Shown: piece by piece, positions 61,943 to 64,000 of the stretch | How positions within the stretch are numbered: position 1 is the stretch's first letter | How the letters are laid out: each line of letters opens with the position of its first letter | Source: Hydrurus foetidus | Taxonomy: Eukaryota | Length of the DNA: 64,000 nt | Assembly: GCA_900617105.1 (NCBI GenBank) | Contig: UYFQ01000001.1 | Location: 1,798,001-1,862,000 of the forward strand | Reading direction: 5' to 3' | Notes under the pieces: model-generated | Database searches by the model: none | What the model was told of the DNA's origin: nothing | The model's input: the letters and a program-made list of their open reading frames with translations, nothing else | Made by a program: the position numbers and the translations under genes

Positions 61943-62865
61943 TGCAAAACGCACCCACGGGTGTTCAAGGTGATTTTGTACAGCGATGTGCTGGCACACA
62001 CGTACAGCTCGTTCCCCAGTGCGCCGCCAAAGGTGAGGTTGCCCACTTTTTCTGGCACTTTGATGACCGCCAGCTTGGTGCCATCGGCATGAAAAACCTG
62101 AACACTGTCGGCGCTGCTGGTGTAGACAAAGCCATGCTGGTCGACTTTGAAACCATCGGCCAAGCCTGGCTCAATTACTGCAAAAATTCTTGGGTTGACT
62201 AAACGTTGGTCGTCCAGCACATCAAAGGCCACGATGTGGTGGTTACCACTGCTGTCAGATCGCAATGCTGCCGAGGTGTCAGACACATACAGCACCGATT
62301 CGTCAGGTGAAAAGGCCAAGCCATTGGGCTCTTCCAGAAAATCGCTGGCAATAAGCAATTCGCCTGTTGCGGGGTTGAACTTGAAAACGTAATTCGCGCC
62401 TAACTCGGGCTTGGCAATGTGGCCTTCACGATCCGACAAGATGCCGTAAGGGGGGTCGGTAAACCAGATCGTGCCATCGTGCTTGATCACGATGTCGTTG
62501 GGCGAATTCAGTCGTTTGCCATTGTAGTGACTGACCACTACCTCGTCAGCCTCTGGCTCTAGCTCTGGGCCAAAACGCGTGCGCACAATCGCCCGCTGCC
62601 CGTGAGAGCAATGCAACAATGCGCCGCCGCGTTCTCGTGCATGGCCGTTGGTAAAGTCAATCTGATCGCGCCACACTGTCATGCCCGCATCGGCATGCCA
62701 GCGCAGCATGCGGTTGTTCGGAATGTCGCTCCACAGCAAACTGTTGTCCTCACGCATCCATACGGGACCTTCACTCCACACCGCACCCGTGCACAACCGC
62801 AGCAAGCTTGTCGCGCCTTCAGCGACAGGCGCAAACCTGGGGTCGAGTACGGTGATGGATGTCAC
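61939..62865 (-). CDS. SMP-30/gluconolactonase family protein
   Basis: WSEGPVW, WSDIPNNR, LNSPND, FTDPPYG, PNGLAFSPDE, ADGFKVD. Confidence 0.92.
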   Translation of the reverse strand: MTSITVLDPRFAPVAEGATSLLRLCTGAVWSEGPVWMREDNSLLWSDIPNNRMLRWHADAGMTVWRDQIDFTNGHARERGGALLHCSHGQRAIVRTRFGPELEPEADEVVVSHYNGKRLNSPNDIVIKHDGTIWFTDPPYGILSDREGHIAKPELGANYVFKFNPATGELLIASDFLEEPNGLAFSPDESVLYVSDTSAALRSDSSGNHHIVAFDVLDDQRLVNPRIFAVIEPGLADGFKVDQHGFVYTSSADSVQVFHADGTKLAVIKVPEKVGNLTFGGALGNELYVCASTSLYKITLNTRGCVLQ

Positions 62866-63800
62866 ACCATGCACTCTGGCACGGGGGTAAGCAAGGGCTG
62901 CCCATCAAAGCAGGCACGCAGGTTGGCCACGGCAAGATCAGCCATCGCACTGCGGGTATGCGCAGTGGCGCTGCCAATATGCGGCGTCAGCACAACATGC
63001 GGCATCGCCCGCAAGCGCTCAGGCACCGCTGGCTCGCTTTCGAAGACATCCAGCCCGGCGCCTGCGATTACCCCATTTTCAAGTGCTTCAATCAAAGCAG
63101 ATTCATCGACCACCGAGCCGCGCGCCACGTTGATCAAAATACCTTTTTTGCCCAGCGCAGTCAACACCGGTGCATCGATCATTTTTAACGTGCTGGCGCC
63201 ACCCGGGGTAATAATGACCAAAAAATCAACTTCTTCAGCCAGCGCCAAACTGGTCGGCAGGTAGCGATACGCAACGTCCTTGGGGCTGCGAGAGGTGTAG
63301 GCGATAGACATGCCAAATGCCTGCGCGCGGTGCGCAATAGCTTGACCGATTCGGCCCATACCCACAATGCCAACACGCGCGCCAGACATTTTTCGCGCTA
63401 ACGGCATGGGGCCGCTCGGCCAACTGCCGGCGCGCACGTACCGGTCAGCCGCACACAGCTGGCGCGATGTGGCAACCATCAGGCCCAATGCCAGGTCGGC
63501 CACGTCGTCGTTCAAAACATTGGGCGTATGCGTCACCATAATGCCTTTTGACTTGGCAGCAGCAACGTCAATGCCGTCATAGCCCACACCCATTACCGAA
63601 ATTAATTTAAGCGCCGGCAAACGTTCCATCAGGTCGGCGCGCAGCACTGTTTCGCCCTGCGCCGCAACGGCTTGAATCGTGGGGGCAAGTTTGGCAAACT
63701 CAGCGCCGTCCAGGTCAATTGGCCGGTCGTGCATGACAAACTGGGCGGCCAGTTTTTCAAAGTAAAGTGGAGCAAGTTTAGCGGCGGCCAGCACATTCAT
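62862..63800 (-). CDS. D-2-hydroxyacid dehydrogenase (GhrB-like)
   Basis: GVGYDGID, GMGRIG, INVARGSVVDE, LDVFE.EP, PHIGSAT. Confidence 0.92.
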   Translation of the reverse strand: MNVLAAAKLAPLYFEKLAAQFVMHDRPIDLDGAEFAKLAPTIQAVAAQGETVLRADLMERLPALKLISVMGVGYDGIDVAAAKSKGIMVTHTPNVLNDDVADLALGLMVATSRQLCAADRYVRAGSWPSGPMPLARKMSGARVGIVGMGRIGQAIAHRAQAFGMSIAYTSRSPKDVAYRYLPTSLALAEEVDFLVIITPGGASTLKMIDAPVLTALGKKGILINVARGSVVDESALIEALENGVIAGAGLDVFESEPAVPERLRAMPHVVLTPHIGSATAHTRSAMADLAVANLRACFDGQPLLTPVPECMV

Positions 63801-63825
63801 AGTAGACAGAAAACTCTCCTAAAGG

Positions 63826-63856
63826 TCATATGATTGACTATCATTCATCATATGAT
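63826..63856. promoter_or_regulatory. tandem palindromic operator (probable FadR-family sites)
   Basis: TCATATGA (63826-33) and ATCATATGAT (63847-56) upstream of the dehydrogenase start. Confidence 0.55.
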
Positions 63857-64000
63857 AGCGGTCAAATTCTCTGTAAAAATCAGGACAAACGCTTACCTGA
63901 GCGGACAAGAAAACCCTGATTGCCCGTCGTTAAAACTTTAGCGGTAATTCAACGGTCAATTATTTTTAAACACCTCATCAACAAGGCACAAATATGAATT

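Noticed and set aside
63994..64000. Start of a divergent gene (ATGAATT)
   Set aside because: Only 7 nt are visible, so it cannot be supported.

Overview
A Betaproteobacterial chromosomal window. Gene content and order (nuoA-N, tRNA-Leu, secG, tpiA, pnp, rpsO) point to Comamonadaceae (Polaromonas/Rhodoferax-like); this placement is inference. It contains: an AttEFGH-type ABC/lipocalin locus split by a cysteine desulfhydrase-like gene; a five-step histidine utilisation cluster (hutCDIGF/hutUH) with a NitT/TauT-type ABC importer; an MsbA-like exporter; gdhA; the full nuo operon with an extra AT-rich gene between nuoD and nuoE; tsaD; a three-subunit gluconate-2-dehydrogenase-type operon; a sigma54/ANTAR-controlled nitrate uptake locus; and a FadR-controlled sugar/sugar-acid operon. 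No transposase, integrase, CRISPR array or prophage is visible. The most striking signal is a dispersed repeat with 12 copies, all sharing an indel-free 41-bp core (RCT-N11-AGC-N7-GCC-N11-GGC). Six copies are intergenic and six are translated as parts of proteins, always in the same codon register. One copy forms the signal peptide of a cytochrome c, and another supplies both the tpiA stop codon and the secG ribosome-binding site. A second class of GC-rich multi-hairpin elements with GNA triloops also fills gene junctions and contributes coding sequence.
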